Of a DNA stretch of 32,000 nt, positions 10,031 to 20,291 are shown piece after piece. Numbering within the stretch: position 1 is the first letter of the stretch; every line of letters begins with the position of its first letter. The stretch lies in contig NZ_LT549890.1 in NCBI RefSeq assembly GCF_900079115.1, forward strand, positions 630,001-662,000. The letters are read 5' to 3'. Under the pieces are notes generated by a model. The model did not search any database. It was not told where the DNA came from and was given only the letters and a program-made list of their open reading frames with translations. Both the position numbers and the translations under genes were made by a program. Origin of the DNA: Saccharolobus solfataricus (GTDB lineage Archaea > Thermoproteota > Thermoprotei_A > Sulfolobales > Sulfolobaceae).

Positions 10031-12241
10031 TCACGACAAGAAATCTTCCACTTTTGGCAATTCTTTAGGTAACCCTTTCCTCTCTCTAATCTTAGTAACT
10101 ACATCCAGTAAGATACTATCTGGAACTGGAGCCCATCTGCTAAACTCAGTACCCCAGAATGCTCTACCTCCAGTGGAACCTCTTAGCTCACTTGCCATAT
10201 CATATGACTCCGAAACGGGGATCTCAGCAGTTATCCTAGACATGTTAGCTATTTGAGAAACATCAAGGATTTTACCTCTTTTTCTAGTTATGACTGCAGT
10301 GACGTTGCCTATAAGATCTGCAGGTACTCTTATATCTAGTTTCTGTATTGGCTCTAGTAAAGTCGGCCTTGAAGTTAAGAATCCAGCAAATATAGAGTTT
10401 CTAACTGCAGGATATATCTGTGCTGGTCCTCTATGGGCTGGATCTTCGTGTATTACAGCATCATGTAGGATAACCTTAACTCCCCTAATTGGCTCATGAG
10501 CTAAAGGACCTTCTTTCATAGCTAACCTAAATCCTTGAAGTACTGTATCCATAACTTCCCTCAAGTGCTGCACGCCACTAGTTAAATCTACAAACACGTT
10601 AACGTTTTCATCTATTGCAATAATCCTCTTAGCCTCATCATAGTCCCAACTGGCTTCATCTCTTAATATCTTTGCCATTTCTTTGCTATCCATATCCTCC
10701 CTTATCGTACCATTACTTATTAGCTCTATAGTCTTGTCATTCAAAGGCTCTACACTCAAATAGAACTTATTATGCTTATTTGGAGACTTCCCTTCAAATA
10801 CTTGACTCTTGGCTCTTATACTTTCCCTATAAACAACAATTGGCGGAGTAGTAACTACATCAATACCGTAATTTTCACGTAATAATTGTAATGATACCTC
10901 CAAATGTAAGAAACCCATTCCAGATAGCAAGTATTCTCCAGTTTCTTCATTTATCTTAACCACTAAGTTTGGATCTTCGATACTAAGCTTCCTCAATGCA
11001 TCAATCATCTTAGTTAAATCTTTAGGATTCTTAGGCTCTACAGCTATAGTAACCACGGGCTCAGATATGTAATGTAATCTTTCAAAACTTCCTTGGACAT
11101 TACTGAAACCAACAGAAATTGCTGTCTCTCCGGATCTGGCCCTGTCTAAACCTAATACTGCCGCAATATTGCCTGCTGGAATTTCCTCCGCAAGTTCTCT
11201 AGTTGGACCCATGTATAAGCTTACTTGAAGTATCCTCTGTGAAGTCTTAGCGTTAACTAACCATAATTCCTCACCAGATCTAAGGGTACCTGAGAATACT
11301 CTACCTGTTGCCACTAACCCTGCATGAGGATCAACCTTCATATCGGTTATCATAAATACTATGGGACCATTCGGATCAGCATTTAACATTGCTTTAGCTA
11401 ATTCATTATCTAGATCCCCTTTCCAGATTTTTGGAATCCTATACTTCTGCGCTTCAATAGGATTAGGAACGAACTTTATAGCAGCATCTAATAATGCTTC
11501 ATTAATGGGAGCTTGTGCGGCTAATTCTTCAAGTTTAGACTTATCAGAAGCAGTGTACGCATCAATAACATTCTTCATATTAATTCCTTTTTTCTGTGCC
11601 ATAGGTAAACTAAATCCCCATTTATCTTTTGCAGACCCAAATATCACATTTCCAGCTTGTGGATTAATCATCCATTTTTCTTTAAATTCCGGTTCTCCAT
11701 ACATATCAATTAAATTATTAACTTGTCTAATTATATCTAATAACCTATTTAACATTTCTTGGGGACTTAACTTTAGTTCCTTTACTAATCTATCTACTTT
11801 GTTTATAAATAGAATTGGTCTAACTCTCTCTTCTAAACTTTGCCTCAATACTGTCTCAGTTTGTGTCATAATTCCTTCTACTGCATCTACAACTACTATC
11901 GAACCATCTAAAACCCTTAGACTTCTTGTAACTCTTCCGCTGAAATCAACGTGCCCAGGAGTATCAATTAGATTAATGACGTAACCTTTACCCTCCGCTT
12001 CGTGATATAAACTAATGTTAGCAGCCTTTACTGTTATACCTCTCTGTTGCTCTACGTTTAAATAATCTAAAGCCAAAGCTTCGCCGGCTACTTTAGGAGA
12101 TATTATACCTGATGCTGCCAGTAACGTATCGCTAGTTGTGGTTTTTCCGTGATCCACATGAGCAATTATACCTATATTTCTAACTCTTGTTCTATCTTTC
12201 ATTAGGCTTAGAACTTGCTCTACTGTCTTATATCTAGGCAA
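10031..12241 (-). CDS. fusA: Translation elongation factor 2 (aEF-2)
   Basis: 736 aa. The GTPase motifs are [14 protein letters not shown] and NKVD. The diphthamide-site region is [11 protein letters not shown]. It closely matches my recollection of S. solfataricus EF-2. Start codon is TTG at 12241. Confidence 0.97.
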   Translation of the reverse strand: MPRYKTVEQVLSLMKDRTRVRNIGIIAHVDHGKTTTSDTLLAASGIISPKVAGEALALDYLNVEQQRGITVKAANISLYHEAEGKGYVINLIDTPGHVDFSGRVTRSLRVLDGSIVVVDAVEGIMTQTETVLRQSLEERVRPILFINKVDRLVKELKLSPQEMLNRLLDIIRQVNNLIDMYGEPEFKEKWMINPQAGNVIFGSAKDKWGFSLPMAQKKGINMKNVIDAYTASDKSKLEELAAQAPINEALLDAAIKFVPNPIEAQKYRIPKIWKGDLDNELAKAMLNADPNGPIVFMITDMKVDPHAGLVATGRVFSGTLRSGEELWLVNAKTSQRILQVSLYMGPTRELAEEIPAGNIAAVLGLDRARSGETAISVGFSNVQGSFERLHYISEPVVTIAVEPKNPKDLTKMIDALRKLSIEDPNLVVKINEETGEYLLSGMGFLHLEVSLQLLRENYGIDVVTTPPIVVYRESIRAKSQVFEGKSPNKHNKFYLSVEPLNDKTIELISNGTIREDMDSKEMAKILRDEASWDYDEAKRIIAIDENVNVFVDLTSGVQHLREVMDTVLQGFRLAMKEGPLAHEPIRGVKVILHDAVIHEDPAHRGPAQIYPAVRNSIFAGFLTSRPTLLEPIQKLDIRVPADLIGNVTAVITRKRGKILDVSQIANMSRITAEIPVSESYDMASELRGSTGGRAFWGTEFSRWAPVPDSILLDVVTKIRERKGLPKELPKVEDFLS

Positions 12242-12247
12242 ATGAAA

Positions 12248-12252
12248 TCACC
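12248..12252 (-). promoter_or_regulatory. Shine-Dalgarno GGTGA for EF-2
   Basis: The minus strand reads GGTGA-TTTCAT-TTG(start). Confidence 0.55.
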
Positions 12253-12300
12253 AACTTCTTGCACTTAAACTTATTTAGACCCATATTAAAAGGTAATGCT

Positions 12301-12319
12301 AAAAAAGAGACTAAAAAAT
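12301..12319 (-). terminator. Oligo-T terminator candidate downstream of xpf
   Basis: The minus strand reads TAG-ATTTTTTAGTCTCTTTTTTA immediately after the XPF stop. The two T6 tracts are the usual archaeal intrinsic termination signal. Confidence 0.4.
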
Positions 12320-13021
12320 CTAAAGGAAATCAAATAAAGAGGTAGTTTTCTTACTATCATTATCTAAGTTAGTTTTAGAATAATGCGTCCTTAAAATTTT
12401 ATAAATATCTTCAGCTTTTTTCCTACTACCTAGTGCTTTTTCCAGTTCTGATATAGATGCATTGCAAATATTCTGTATAGTTCCAAACTTAAGTAGTAGC
12501 CTTTCGGCTAGGATAGAACCAACATTAGGAAAAGACTCTACAATGTAAAGTTGTATATCAGAAACACTTTCCAATTTAGCCTTATTATGTAAACTAATTC
12601 GATTACTCTTGTTTTCACCAAATTGGAATTTTTCAGCTATTTTTTTCAAAACTTCTGCCGTATCTTTTTTGTCCCTAGAATAAAACACTTTAACATCATA
12701 ATCAATTGTAGCAGAAATTAACGCATTGTTAATTGCTCTCCACTTTTCAGTTATCTTCCTAATATCATTAATATCGCCCTCTACGAGTAATATTGGAAAA
12801 CGATAAACCTCTGAAAGCCTGCTAATTTGGTCAAAAAACCTTTTGTCAAAAACTGAATTTACTAGATCATTTACTGATTTCCTCTCTACTGCAACATCAT
12901 CAGTTATTACATAATCAGCTACAGTAAGTTGAGAAAATATTACTGTAATTCCTAACTCCTTTAATAATTCTGGTATGCCACTAGCCTTTTCCCTATCATC
13001 AGCATAAATTCTAATTACCAT
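12320..13021 (-). CDS. xpf: XPF/Hef-family structure-specific endonuclease (short crenarchaeal XPF) with C-terminal PCNA-interaction motif
   Basis: 233 aa. Contains the ERCC4 nuclease motif (ADYVI...VAVERKSVNDL) and a C-terminal (HhH)2 region (FPNVGSILAERLLLKFG...). The terminal ...TTSLFDFL resembles the PIP motif described for SsoXPF. Confidence 0.88.
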   Translation of the reverse strand: MVIRIYADDREKASGIPELLKELGITVIFSQLTVADYVITDDVAVERKSVNDLVNSVFDKRFFDQISRLSEVYRFPILLVEGDINDIRKITEKWRAINNALISATIDYDVKVFYSRDKKDTAEVLKKIAEKFQFGENKSNRISLHNKAKLESVSDIQLYIVESFPNVGSILAERLLLKFGTIQNICNASISELEKALGSRKKAEDIYKILRTHYSKTNLDNDSKKTTSLFDFL

Positions 13022-13042
13022 AACACTAATAAGTTACTTTGC

Positions 13043-13423
13043 TTAAGCTTTTATACCTGTTTGGCCACCTTGCGGATAATACTTCGATAGCATGTCATTT
13101 ATTTTAGCCTGCAAGTCTTCTAGTTGCTTTCTTAAAATACTTTCTTGCTTCTGATAAGTCCTCGATCTGAGTTCTAACAATTCCTTCCTATCATTAAGCT
13201 CCTTTTCTACTGATGTCTTATCTGACTTAACTAATAGATTCCCAACAATCTTATAAATGGTTGCATCTGCATTGAGAACGGATAACTCTTCCAATACCTT
13301 ATTTATCTCCCTTAACTCATTCTCTATGGTAGACTTTTCTAACAATAATCTATCAAGCTGATCTTTTAACTGTTGAAACTTAGCTAGTTGAGCTTGAACT
13401 TCTGGAGGTAATTTCTCGGCCAC
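13043..13423 (-). CDS. pfdB: Prefoldin beta subunit
   Basis: 126-aa coiled-coil protein ([31 protein letters not shown]...) in the canonical superoperon position after Pcc1. Confidence 0.88.
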
Positions 13424-13655
13424 TTTTTTCCACCTCTTCCAGTGACTTTAGAATTGTATAGATCCAAAGTATATAAGAGTTCATTATAGCCCTAGCTCTT
13501 GTAATTGATGGTGCATCTATCTCAATCTGCAAAGGAGATTTCCTAATTTTTACATATTTAGTATCTATCTTTTCAATTATTATTGAATTATATATAATTT
13601 CTTGTAGTTCGATCTTATTGGAATTATCTACATAGAGCGAAATCTGTATTTTCAC
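13380..13655 (-). CDS. pcc1: KEOPS complex subunit Pcc1-like (COG2892)
   Basis: 91 aa. The pattern ...[32 protein letters not shown] fits Pcc1. The GTG start forms a GTGA overlap with the Brix stop. The 3' end overlaps pfdB by 44 nt. Confidence 0.6.
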
Positions 13656-14164
13656 GCTTCTAATATCATCTTCAAAAACTTAATATTTTTCGTAGTTAAC
13701 ATAAACAGAAGTTCACAAATATTGGTATGGATAAGCCTTGAGTTCACAACAACGTCACAATTATTTGTTAAGTTGTACATATTCATATCAACTAGAAAAT
13801 CCCTTAGAAAATCACATTCGTTTAGTTTTATGCACACATTACTATGCCCTTTTATCTGGTTTAATGATACGTTGTAGTCAGAAGGTAACGACAAACCACT
13901 TAATTTAAAAAAGTATTTTATAGAGAGGCTCTCTAAATCATAAACAATTATCCTTAGTGGATTCCCATTCTTGGCTAATACGAACAATAAATATAATGCC
14001 CCTAAATTAATAGCCCTTTCAAATATTTCTATCTTACTTTTTTTACCACGCGTAATTTTAACTGAATCTGGCAATACAAAAGTTAAAACATTTAAAAAAT
14101 TTCTTGTCCTAATACTAGGGTCTCTAGACGAAGTTATAACTATTCTAGTACGGTGTATATGCAA
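13652..14164 (-). CDS. Brix-domain (Imp4-like) ribosome biogenesis protein
   Basis: 170 aa. The RIVITSSRDPSIRTRNFLNVL...ITRGKKS pattern is typical of archaeal Brix proteins, and the gene lies between L37Ae and Pcc1. Start codon is TTG. Confidence 0.7.
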   Translation of the reverse strand: MHIHRTRIVITSSRDPSIRTRNFLNVLTFVLPDSVKITRGKKSKIEIFERAINLGALYLLFVLAKNGNPLRIIVYDLESLSIKYFFKLSGLSLPSDYNVSLNQIKGHSNVCIKLNECDFLRDFLVDMNMYNLTNNCDVVVNSRLIHTNICELLFMLTTKNIKFLKMILEA

Positions 14165-14366
14165 GACCTGCCCACTTAGAATTACATTTCTTGCAATACC
14201 ATATCCCGGAAGCTAACCTGATAACCTTACCGGTAGTCTTACAATAGGGACATTGATGTTCATCGTACCTCTTCTCCATTATTTCTTTCCACTTTTTCCT
14301 TAGAGTAGATCCATATCTAGCTCCGAACCTTCCCGAAATTCCCGTGACTTTACCCATAATTGTCAC
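14145..14366 (-). CDS. rpl37ae: 50S ribosomal protein eL43 (L37Ae), C4 zinc ribbon
   Basis: 73 aa: GRFGARYGSTLRKKW...CPYC...CKKC. Confidence 0.92.
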   Translation of the reverse strand: MTIMGKVTGISGRFGARYGSTLRKKWKEIMEKRYDEHQCPYCKTTGKVIRLASGIWYCKKCNSKWAGLAYTPY

Positions 14367-14373
14367 CTAATAA

Positions 14374-15201
14374 TTAGATTCCTAGATGCTTTTTAAGTTC
14401 TTCTAAAAGCTTAACTGCTGTTGATCTTGCTGTATTCTCAGCTTGATCAATGTCTTGTAAAGACATACTGCCCTTTCCACTCTTTTGAATCCCTACTATT
14501 TTTAGATCAGGAGTATAGGAAAAGGAAATTTTAGCATCCATTATTGATTCTTCATCCAAATCTGGATCTACTACCAAATATTTATCAACTTTTGCTACAG
14601 AAATTGTAACTACTGGATAGTTCAATGGTAATTTTCCCACAACCTCATTTTTATTAACGCTAATCCCGTTAGAATGTTGTTCTACCTTGTACACTTTAGT
14701 ATTATACAATGCTGCAACTGAAGCTAACGTGCATGCGTCTAGTACATTTCCACCATAATCCAATACATAAACATCTAGCCACACTGTCCATACGCTTTTA
14801 CCTGGTTCTATCACAAGTTTAGTTAGATCTAAAGCTTTGGAATCTCTTAAACTTCTATCTACTACTCTAGCTAATTCAATTGCATTCTCATCTGGAGGTC
14901 CAGGCTCGAAGGTCTCATAAGCTAACGGTAAAAGTTCAACGTTCACGATAAGGTTGCCTTGGTTAGGAGTATCTTCGTAAGGTTTGTCTATTTCGAGTTT
15001 GGTCCCAGCTAATACCATTGTTGTGCCTAACTTAACTAAAGCAGAACCATCAGCTTTTTTTGCGTAATCTAGTGTTATCGAAAGAGGCCTATAATCCGTT
15101 AATTTTCTTCCATCTTGCCTAATGCCTTTCTCAAAAAGACTTACTATACTTTCCTTTTTAATTATAGGTATAATATTCTGGTTTGATGGAGTAGAAGACA
15201 A
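14374..15201 (-). CDS. rrp42: Exosome complex component Rrp42 (RNase PH-like, inactive subunit)
   Basis: 275 aa with an RNase PH fold pattern (RQDGRKLTDYRPLSITL..., ADGSALVKLGTT). Follows Rrp41. Confidence 0.9.
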   Translation of the reverse strand: MSSTPSNQNIIPIIKKESIVSLFEKGIRQDGRKLTDYRPLSITLDYAKKADGSALVKLGTTMVLAGTKLEIDKPYEDTPNQGNLIVNVELLPLAYETFEPGPPDENAIELARVVDRSLRDSKALDLTKLVIEPGKSVWTVWLDVYVLDYGGNVLDACTLASVAALYNTKVYKVEQHSNGISVNKNEVVGKLPLNYPVVTISVAKVDKYLVVDPDLDEESIMDAKISFSYTPDLKIVGIQKSGKGSMSLQDIDQAENTARSTAVKLLEELKKHLGI

Positions 15202-15203
15202 CG

Positions 15204-15950
15204 CTATACACCCTCTTCTTTAAACTCTACATACTTACTTTTTAGAGCCTCTCTCTCTAAATTATATATTATATTTATACCCTTAACTGCTAGATCAAAA
15301 GCTTGCCTAAACTCATCTGGTGTCATACTACCATTTAGTTGAAATAACGTTACTTGGTTTAAAGATGGCATCATTGCAATAGGCATGTCAGCCTCTCCCC
15401 ACATATCCTCGGTTTCATTTAAATCTAGAATTATTACACCATCAGCCTTCCCTACAGCCACTCCAGCTATTAAATCCCTCATAGGAATTCCAGCATCTGC
15501 TAGTGCTAAGGAGGCGGCCATTAATGAAACTAATCTGGATCCAGCATCTGCTTGTAATATTTCAGTAAATACATCTATAGCAGTTCTAGGAAACAGCTCT
15601 ACTAAAACTGCTGATTCTAAAGCCTCTCTTATAACCTTAGAAAGCTCAATCTCTCTTCTGCTAGGTGCTGGATTCTTTCTCTCATCCGTAGAGAATGGTG
15701 TCATGTGATATCTCACTCTAAGTACTGCCCTATCTGGAAGAGATAGGTGCCTTGGATGCATCTCCTTAGGACCGTAAACTGCAGCTATAGCCTTCGTATT
15801 TCCCATTTCAAAAATTGCCGAGCCATCAGCATTTTTGAGAACACCTAATTCTATCTTTATACTTCTTAATTCATCTGGCTTTCTACCATCTGTTCGCTTT
15901 CCATCATCAAGAATTAGTTTTGGTCTCTCCACTTGAAGCATTTCTCTCAC
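15204..15950 (-). CDS. rrp41: Exosome complex exonuclease Rrp41 (RNase PH-like, catalytic subunit)
   Basis: 248 aa. [29 protein letters not shown]... matches my recollection of the crystallised S. solfataricus Rrp41. Confidence 0.95.
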   Translation of the reverse strand: MREMLQVERPKLILDDGKRTDGRKPDELRSIKIELGVLKNADGSAIFEMGNTKAIAAVYGPKEMHPRHLSLPDRAVLRVRYHMTPFSTDERKNPAPSRREIELSKVIREALESAVLVELFPRTAIDVFTEILQADAGSRLVSLMAASLALADAGIPMRDLIAGVAVGKADGVIILDLNETEDMWGEADMPIAMMPSLNQVTLFQLNGSMTPDEFRQAFDLAVKGINIIYNLEREALKSKYVEFKEEGV

Positions 15951-16656
15951 CTAATTTTTCCTCAATGAATTGTTTTATTCTATCTGTTAATCCTTTTATA
16001 TGTGACTCATTCTCGATCTTCCTAATTGCCTCAATTAAAATTTCTTCAGAAAAGCGTGAAGGGCAAGTAGCCCATATCCTACCATTGTTAGCAACAAAAA
16101 TACTACATCCGCTTTTTGAGGTTAAGGTCTCATACATACTTTTATTCTTACCTATAACGCGTGGGACTTTAACTGGCATTATATCGATGACTATACCATT
16201 ACTTACACGCCCTAGATCCTTGCCTTTAACGGATAAGACGGGATCTATTGACCTATCAAAATTTTCAATTCTAGCTATAACATAGTCACCTACATCTAAA
16301 TATCTCCTTAAGTCCTCTCCAACATTAATAGACCTCCCTAAAAGATTTGAAGCTGGTAAGTAAGCCTTATAAGGTGCTTTTATATCAACCACCCAGCCAT
16401 AGATCTCAACGTCCTCCACTAAACCTATTACTATGTCATTAATCTTAGGATAATAAAACGAGCCTTCCAAGGGAATTACCTCAAATTGAGTATCTTTTAC
16501 ATCAAAAAGCCCAACAACTGTGGAGTAGTATTTGCTGTTAATCTTTAGTATATAAGGAGACCAAGGAATCTGAAATTCGCCTTCTGCTAATAACTCACCA
16601 GGAACTACTATTGACCTTGGCTGTAAGACAATTTTCTGGGACTGACTCATGTTCAT
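15907..16656 (-). CDS. rrp4: Exosome RNA-binding cap subunit Rrp4 (S1 + KH)
   Basis: 249 aa with S1-like ([20 protein letters not shown]) and KH-like regions. It has an ATGA overlap with the SBDS stop and a 44-nt overlap with rrp41. Confidence 0.88.
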   Translation of the reverse strand: MNMSQSQKIVLQPRSIVVPGELLAEGEFQIPWSPYILKINSKYYSTVVGLFDVKDTQFEVIPLEGSFYYPKINDIVIGLVEDVEIYGWVVDIKAPYKAYLPASNLLGRSINVGEDLRRYLDVGDYVIARIENFDRSIDPVLSVKGKDLGRVSNGIVIDIMPVKVPRVIGKNKSMYETLTSKSGCSIFVANNGRIWATCPSRFSEEILIEAIRKIENESHIKGLTDRIKQFIEEKLGERNASSGETKTNS

Positions 16657-17354
16657 CTCACTTGCAATACTTTAACTTCAACTTCTCCTTTTGTAAGACT
16701 ATTTAACTTATCTATAACGTCTTGCTGTGCACCGGCAGGTATTTCCAATTCCGCAAGTAGCGTACCATCTTCTAACCAATTGGCCTTTTTTACCTCCCCT
16801 AAGTTATGCAATTGAGATTTAACCTTAGAGCTATATTCTGATGGTACTTTAATACTAAGCAAAGCCCTTGCTATTTTAATTGGAATTATCTTAGAAATCT
16901 CCTTTACTATTTGCATAGCTTGTGCTTCCACGTCTTTGTTTAAATCGATTTGTATTCTAGCTTGTTCCATTGCCATCTCTAATCTGGTTGGCGGAATTGG
17001 CAAATTAGTTTTTGGATCAACTGCGTTCCTATGAATAAAATCAATTATTTGCTTTCTCTTAGTTTCTAGCATTTCTTTCCTTTGTTCTGCAGTTACTGGT
17101 AATTCACCTTTAAGTAAAATTTCTTTTACAATTGTCTCGAAATCGGTAGTACCAAAAACTTTTTTAAGTGATGCTGGAGACGCTTTTAAACCTTTCTTTA
17201 CGTCCTTATAAATAGTATCAGAAACCACTACATCAGAAAGACTTATGCTCTTCCCACTTCTAAAAGCTAATGCTTCTTTTGGCTTAGCTAATATCTCAAA
17301 CCTCTCTCCATGTGACTCATATTTAACTATTACATAATCACGCTCCTTCGTCAT
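16653..17354 (-). CDS. sdo1: SBDS/Sdo1-family ribosome maturation protein
   Basis: 233 aa. The N-terminal [21 protein letters not shown] pattern is typical of SBDS, and the superoperon position fits. Confidence 0.85.
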   Translation of the reverse strand: MTKERDYVIVKYESHGERFEILAKPKEALAFRSGKSISLSDVVVSDTIYKDVKKGLKASPASLKKVFGTTDFETIVKEILLKGELPVTAEQRKEMLETKRKQIIDFIHRNAVDPKTNLPIPPTRLEMAMEQARIQIDLNKDVEAQAMQIVKEISKIIPIKIARALLSIKVPSEYSSKVKSQLHNLGEVKKANWLEDGTLLAELEIPAGAQQDVIDKLNSLTKGEVEVKVLQVR

Positions 17355-17371
17355 GAAAAAAATCCACCTTA

Positions 17372-18097
17372 TTATAACTTCTGTAAATACATATTCTTAT
17401 CTTCATTAGTCATTTTCAGAAATAACCCAGTCTGGGTTGAGGCATATCCTATTTCCACAGTATTTGGAGTTAACTTTTCATTAGGCTTTAGAGTAGCCGA
17501 TAAGGCCTTTAAAGCAAGCAATATAGTCTCTTCCACATTCAAATCCTCCTTATAATTCTTCTCTAAAAACTCAGTAGCTGTATAGTAACCCTGCCCTATT
17601 GCAACAGCTTGATATGGCATATATTGCCCACTAGGTTCAGTCATAAATAATTTAGGAACTGATTTATCTATTCCCGCAATTACTAGGGCAACGCCAAATG
17701 GTCTAACTCCTCCATGTTGTGTATACATTTGCTTAACATCAGCAACTGATTTGGTTAGATAATCAATGCTAACTGGTTCATCATATATTAACCTGTGTTG
17801 TAATGCTATATTCCTTGCATAGTCTATTAAAACTCTTCCATCAGAAGCTAATCCAGCAAAACTGCACCCTACGTGATCGTCGATTAAAAATACTTTCTCT
17901 ATGCTATCTACATCTAGTAAAGATTGAGCTTTCCTTTTCTCACTTGCAATAACAACACTAGACTTTGATTTAATACCAATTGCTGTCCATCCCTTTTTTA
18001 CAGCTTCAAATGCATAGTCTACTTGATATAGTGATCCGTCGGGCGAGAATATGGTTATTGCCCTATCATATCCCATAGCGGCTGGTCCGAACGCCAT
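17372..18097 (-). CDS. psmA: Proteasome alpha subunit
   Basis: 241 aa with the alpha-subunit signature [27 protein letters not shown]. Confidence 0.95.
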   Translation of the reverse strand: MAFGPAAMGYDRAITIFSPDGSLYQVDYAFEAVKKGWTAIGIKSKSSVVIASEKRKAQSLLDVDSIEKVFLIDDHVGCSFAGLASDGRVLIDYARNIALQHRLIYDEPVSIDYLTKSVADVKQMYTQHGGVRPFGVALVIAGIDKSVPKLFMTEPSGQYMPYQAVAIGQGYYTATEFLEKNYKEDLNVEETILLALKALSATLKPNEKLTPNTVEIGYASTQTGLFLKMTNEDKNMYLQKL

Positions 18098-18130
18098 ATA
18101 CTATTCACTCATGAAATACTGAGTAATCCC

Positions 18131-18142
18131 TAATTTTAAAAA
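18131..18142 (-). promoter_or_regulatory. TATA box candidate for psmA (TTTTTAAAATTA); its T-run may also terminate the upstream sRNA/Pop5 transcript
   Basis: Lies 35-45 nt upstream of the psmA ATG. A GAGTGA Shine-Dalgarno-like element lies about 9 nt before the ATG. Confidence 0.4.
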
Positions 18143-18144
18143 TA

Positions 18145-18202
18145 TCGTTCAGCTCGTCGCAGAGAACATCATCGATACAGTCCGGAGCGGCTTCATCACT
18201 TT
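18145..18202 (-). ncRNA. C/D box sRNA (2'-O-methylation guide)
   Basis: The minus strand reads GTGATGA (C, 18199-18193), AGCCGCTCCGGA (12-nt guide), CTGT (degenerate D'), ATCG, ATGATGT (C', 6/7), TCTCTGCGACGAG (13-nt guide) and CTGA (D, 18152-18149), followed by ATATTTTT. The guides form a GC-rich island in AT-rich intergenic DNA. Confidence 0.75.
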
Positions 18203-18627
18203 AATCCGATTAGTTTTTTCGCCTTTTTTAAGCTACCGGTTGTCCTTCTAGGAACTATTAGAATTTTATTATTATTAATTTCCTTAGCAAAGGGTAAACT
18301 AGCTAAAACTGCCTTGTAACCTACCCTATTAGTGGATATAATTCCTTCTTGAGTATCTTCTCGATAGGTAACAACTTTGGGGTTTGCAATGTTAAGCCAC
18401 ACACTACCTAATAAGTCCTTCAAGGAGTTGCGAATAACTCTCTCTAAATCATCGCCTTTTACTTTATATTCAGAGATTACATAAAATACTATATACCTTT
18501 TAGCTCTTATTATTTTCTTATTTTTTACAATATCAACATTTAATTGTCTTCTTTTAAAATATAATACAGTTAATATAAGAATCCATAATATTAATATAAT
18601 GTCAATTATTAATTGAATTGAGTTCAT
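18196..18627 (-). CDS. rnp2: RNase P protein component 2 (Pop5 homologue); N-terminal boundary uncertain
   Basis: The C-terminal ~105 aa ([15 protein letters not shown]...[12 protein letters not shown]) align with archaeal Pop5 such as Pyrococcus PH1481. The gene lies next to Rpp30. The first ~27 aa are a hydrophobic, extremely AT-rich extension (see findings). Confidence 0.75.
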   Translation of the reverse strand: MNSIQLIIDIILILWILILTVLYFKRRQLNVDIVKNKKIIRAKRYIVFYVISEYKVKGDDLERVIRNSLKDLLGSVWLNIANPKVVTYREDTQEGIISTNRVGYKAVLASLPFAKEINNNKILIVPRRTTGSLKKAKKLIGLK

Positions 18628-19162
18628 TCAACAACTTTATGGGATTTATTATAACAAACTTATAAGCTTCCTCTTCATCAGCTCCCAGTACAGTCAAATA
18701 ACTTATTTTGGAGATTGGACTCCAGATTTCATCAAAAGAGCTTGCATACGAGGAGAAAATAATATTAGGTATCCATTTATATGCAAACAGTATAGCGTTA
18801 TATAATAACCCGCTAGAAGATTTAAGGGAAATCTCAACAAATTTGCCATAAGATCTTAACAGATTTAGCATGCTTTTCTTAAATATTCTAATATTATCAT
18901 CATCTAATACCACAGCATTAACCCTCTTATTGATAACAGCGTACTTTAAGGCATCTATTGAAAGGGGTTTTACAAAAACCAAAACTTCCTTACTAACAAA
19001 TTGCTTCTTAAACGCCTTTTTCAGTTGATTTCCATTTTCTACTTTTATAGTAACTCTTTTTATACCAACTAAACCATCTTCACTAAAAATCGTATTATAA
19101 CCTAGCCTTTTTGCATAAGGAAACAGCTTAGAGTTTAGAATGCATGATTCGACTATTAACAA
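18602..19162 (-). CDS. rnp3: RNase P protein component 3 (Rpp30 homologue)
   Basis: 186 aa, TTG start. The call rests mainly on the conserved COG1325-Rpp30-Pop5 context and a TIM-barrel-like alternating pattern. No sharp motif recognised. Confidence 0.55.
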   Translation of the reverse strand: MLIVESCILNSKLFPYAKRLGYNTIFSEDGLVGIKRVTIKVENGNQLKKAFKKQFVSKEVLVFVKPLSIDALKYAVINKRVNAVVLDDDNIRIFKKSMLNLLRSYGKFVEISLKSSSGLLYNAILFAYKWIPNIIFSSYASSFDEIWSPISKISYLTVLGADEEEAYKFVIINPIKLLNELNSINN

Positions 19163-19577
19163 GTTTCTTTATCTCCTCCTTTATATTCTCCAAGGAAGTA
19201 TTAAACGAAATTATACATTTAATGACATCATCGCCCTCTTTAAGAACAAGTCTATGCTCAGCAATTAAATATTGTTTATCGAATCTCAAATATAACTTAC
19301 TTCCATCTATATGAGAATCTATAGTTGTAAGAATAAGCATTAGTTCTGATGTTTCAATTTTCTCCAATATTATTTTAAAAAATTGCTCCCCACTCTTCCT
19401 ATCAAATCTGTATTCCAATATAATTATTTTATTACCGTAATGACCTTGAGCAGTTGTAACATTTTTCTTTGAGTTAGAGATAAGAGGAGAGAAAAAACTC
19501 TCTATAGTATTTACTATTTTATTGTAATCCTCAGTCTCATGAATAAAAACTGAAATTATTGCTTGATTTATTTTCAT
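19128..19577 (-). CDS. COG1325/DUF54 RNA-binding protein ('predicted exosome subunit' of the superoperon)
   Basis: 149 aa. The N-terminal ISVFIHETED pattern and the position between L15e and Rpp30 match the archaeal exosome superoperon described by Koonin and colleagues. Confidence 0.55.
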   Translation of the reverse strand: MKINQAIISVFIHETEDYNKIVNTIESFFSPLISNSKKNVTTAQGHYGNKIIILEYRFDRKSGEQFFKIILEKIETSELMLILTTIDSHIDGSKLYLRFDKQYLIAEHRLVLKEGDDVIKCIISFNTSLENIKEEIKKLVNSRIMHSKL

Positions 19578-19579
19578 AC

Positions 19580-20233
<654 letters not shown>

Positions 20234-20291
20234 TTCTCAAAATACTATGCTAAGCATCTAATTAATAAATGTGTCCACTAAATCAGAACAT

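Noticed and set aside
11361-11984. 207-aa plus-strand ORF antisense to EF-2 (also 10026-10256 and 10290-10499)
   Set aside because: Nested in the highly conserved EF-2 gene, with shadow-frame composition.
12914-13002. CTGATGA ... CTGA pair on the minus strand inside the 5' end of xpf, as a possible C/D sRNA
   Set aside because: The C box lacks the leading purine, the box spacing (~85 nt) is too long, there are no C'/D' boxes, and it lies fully inside coding sequence.
15385-16285. Plus-strand ORFs 15385-15708 and 15920-16285, antisense to rrp41/rrp4
   Set aside because: Shadow ORFs inside exosome genes.
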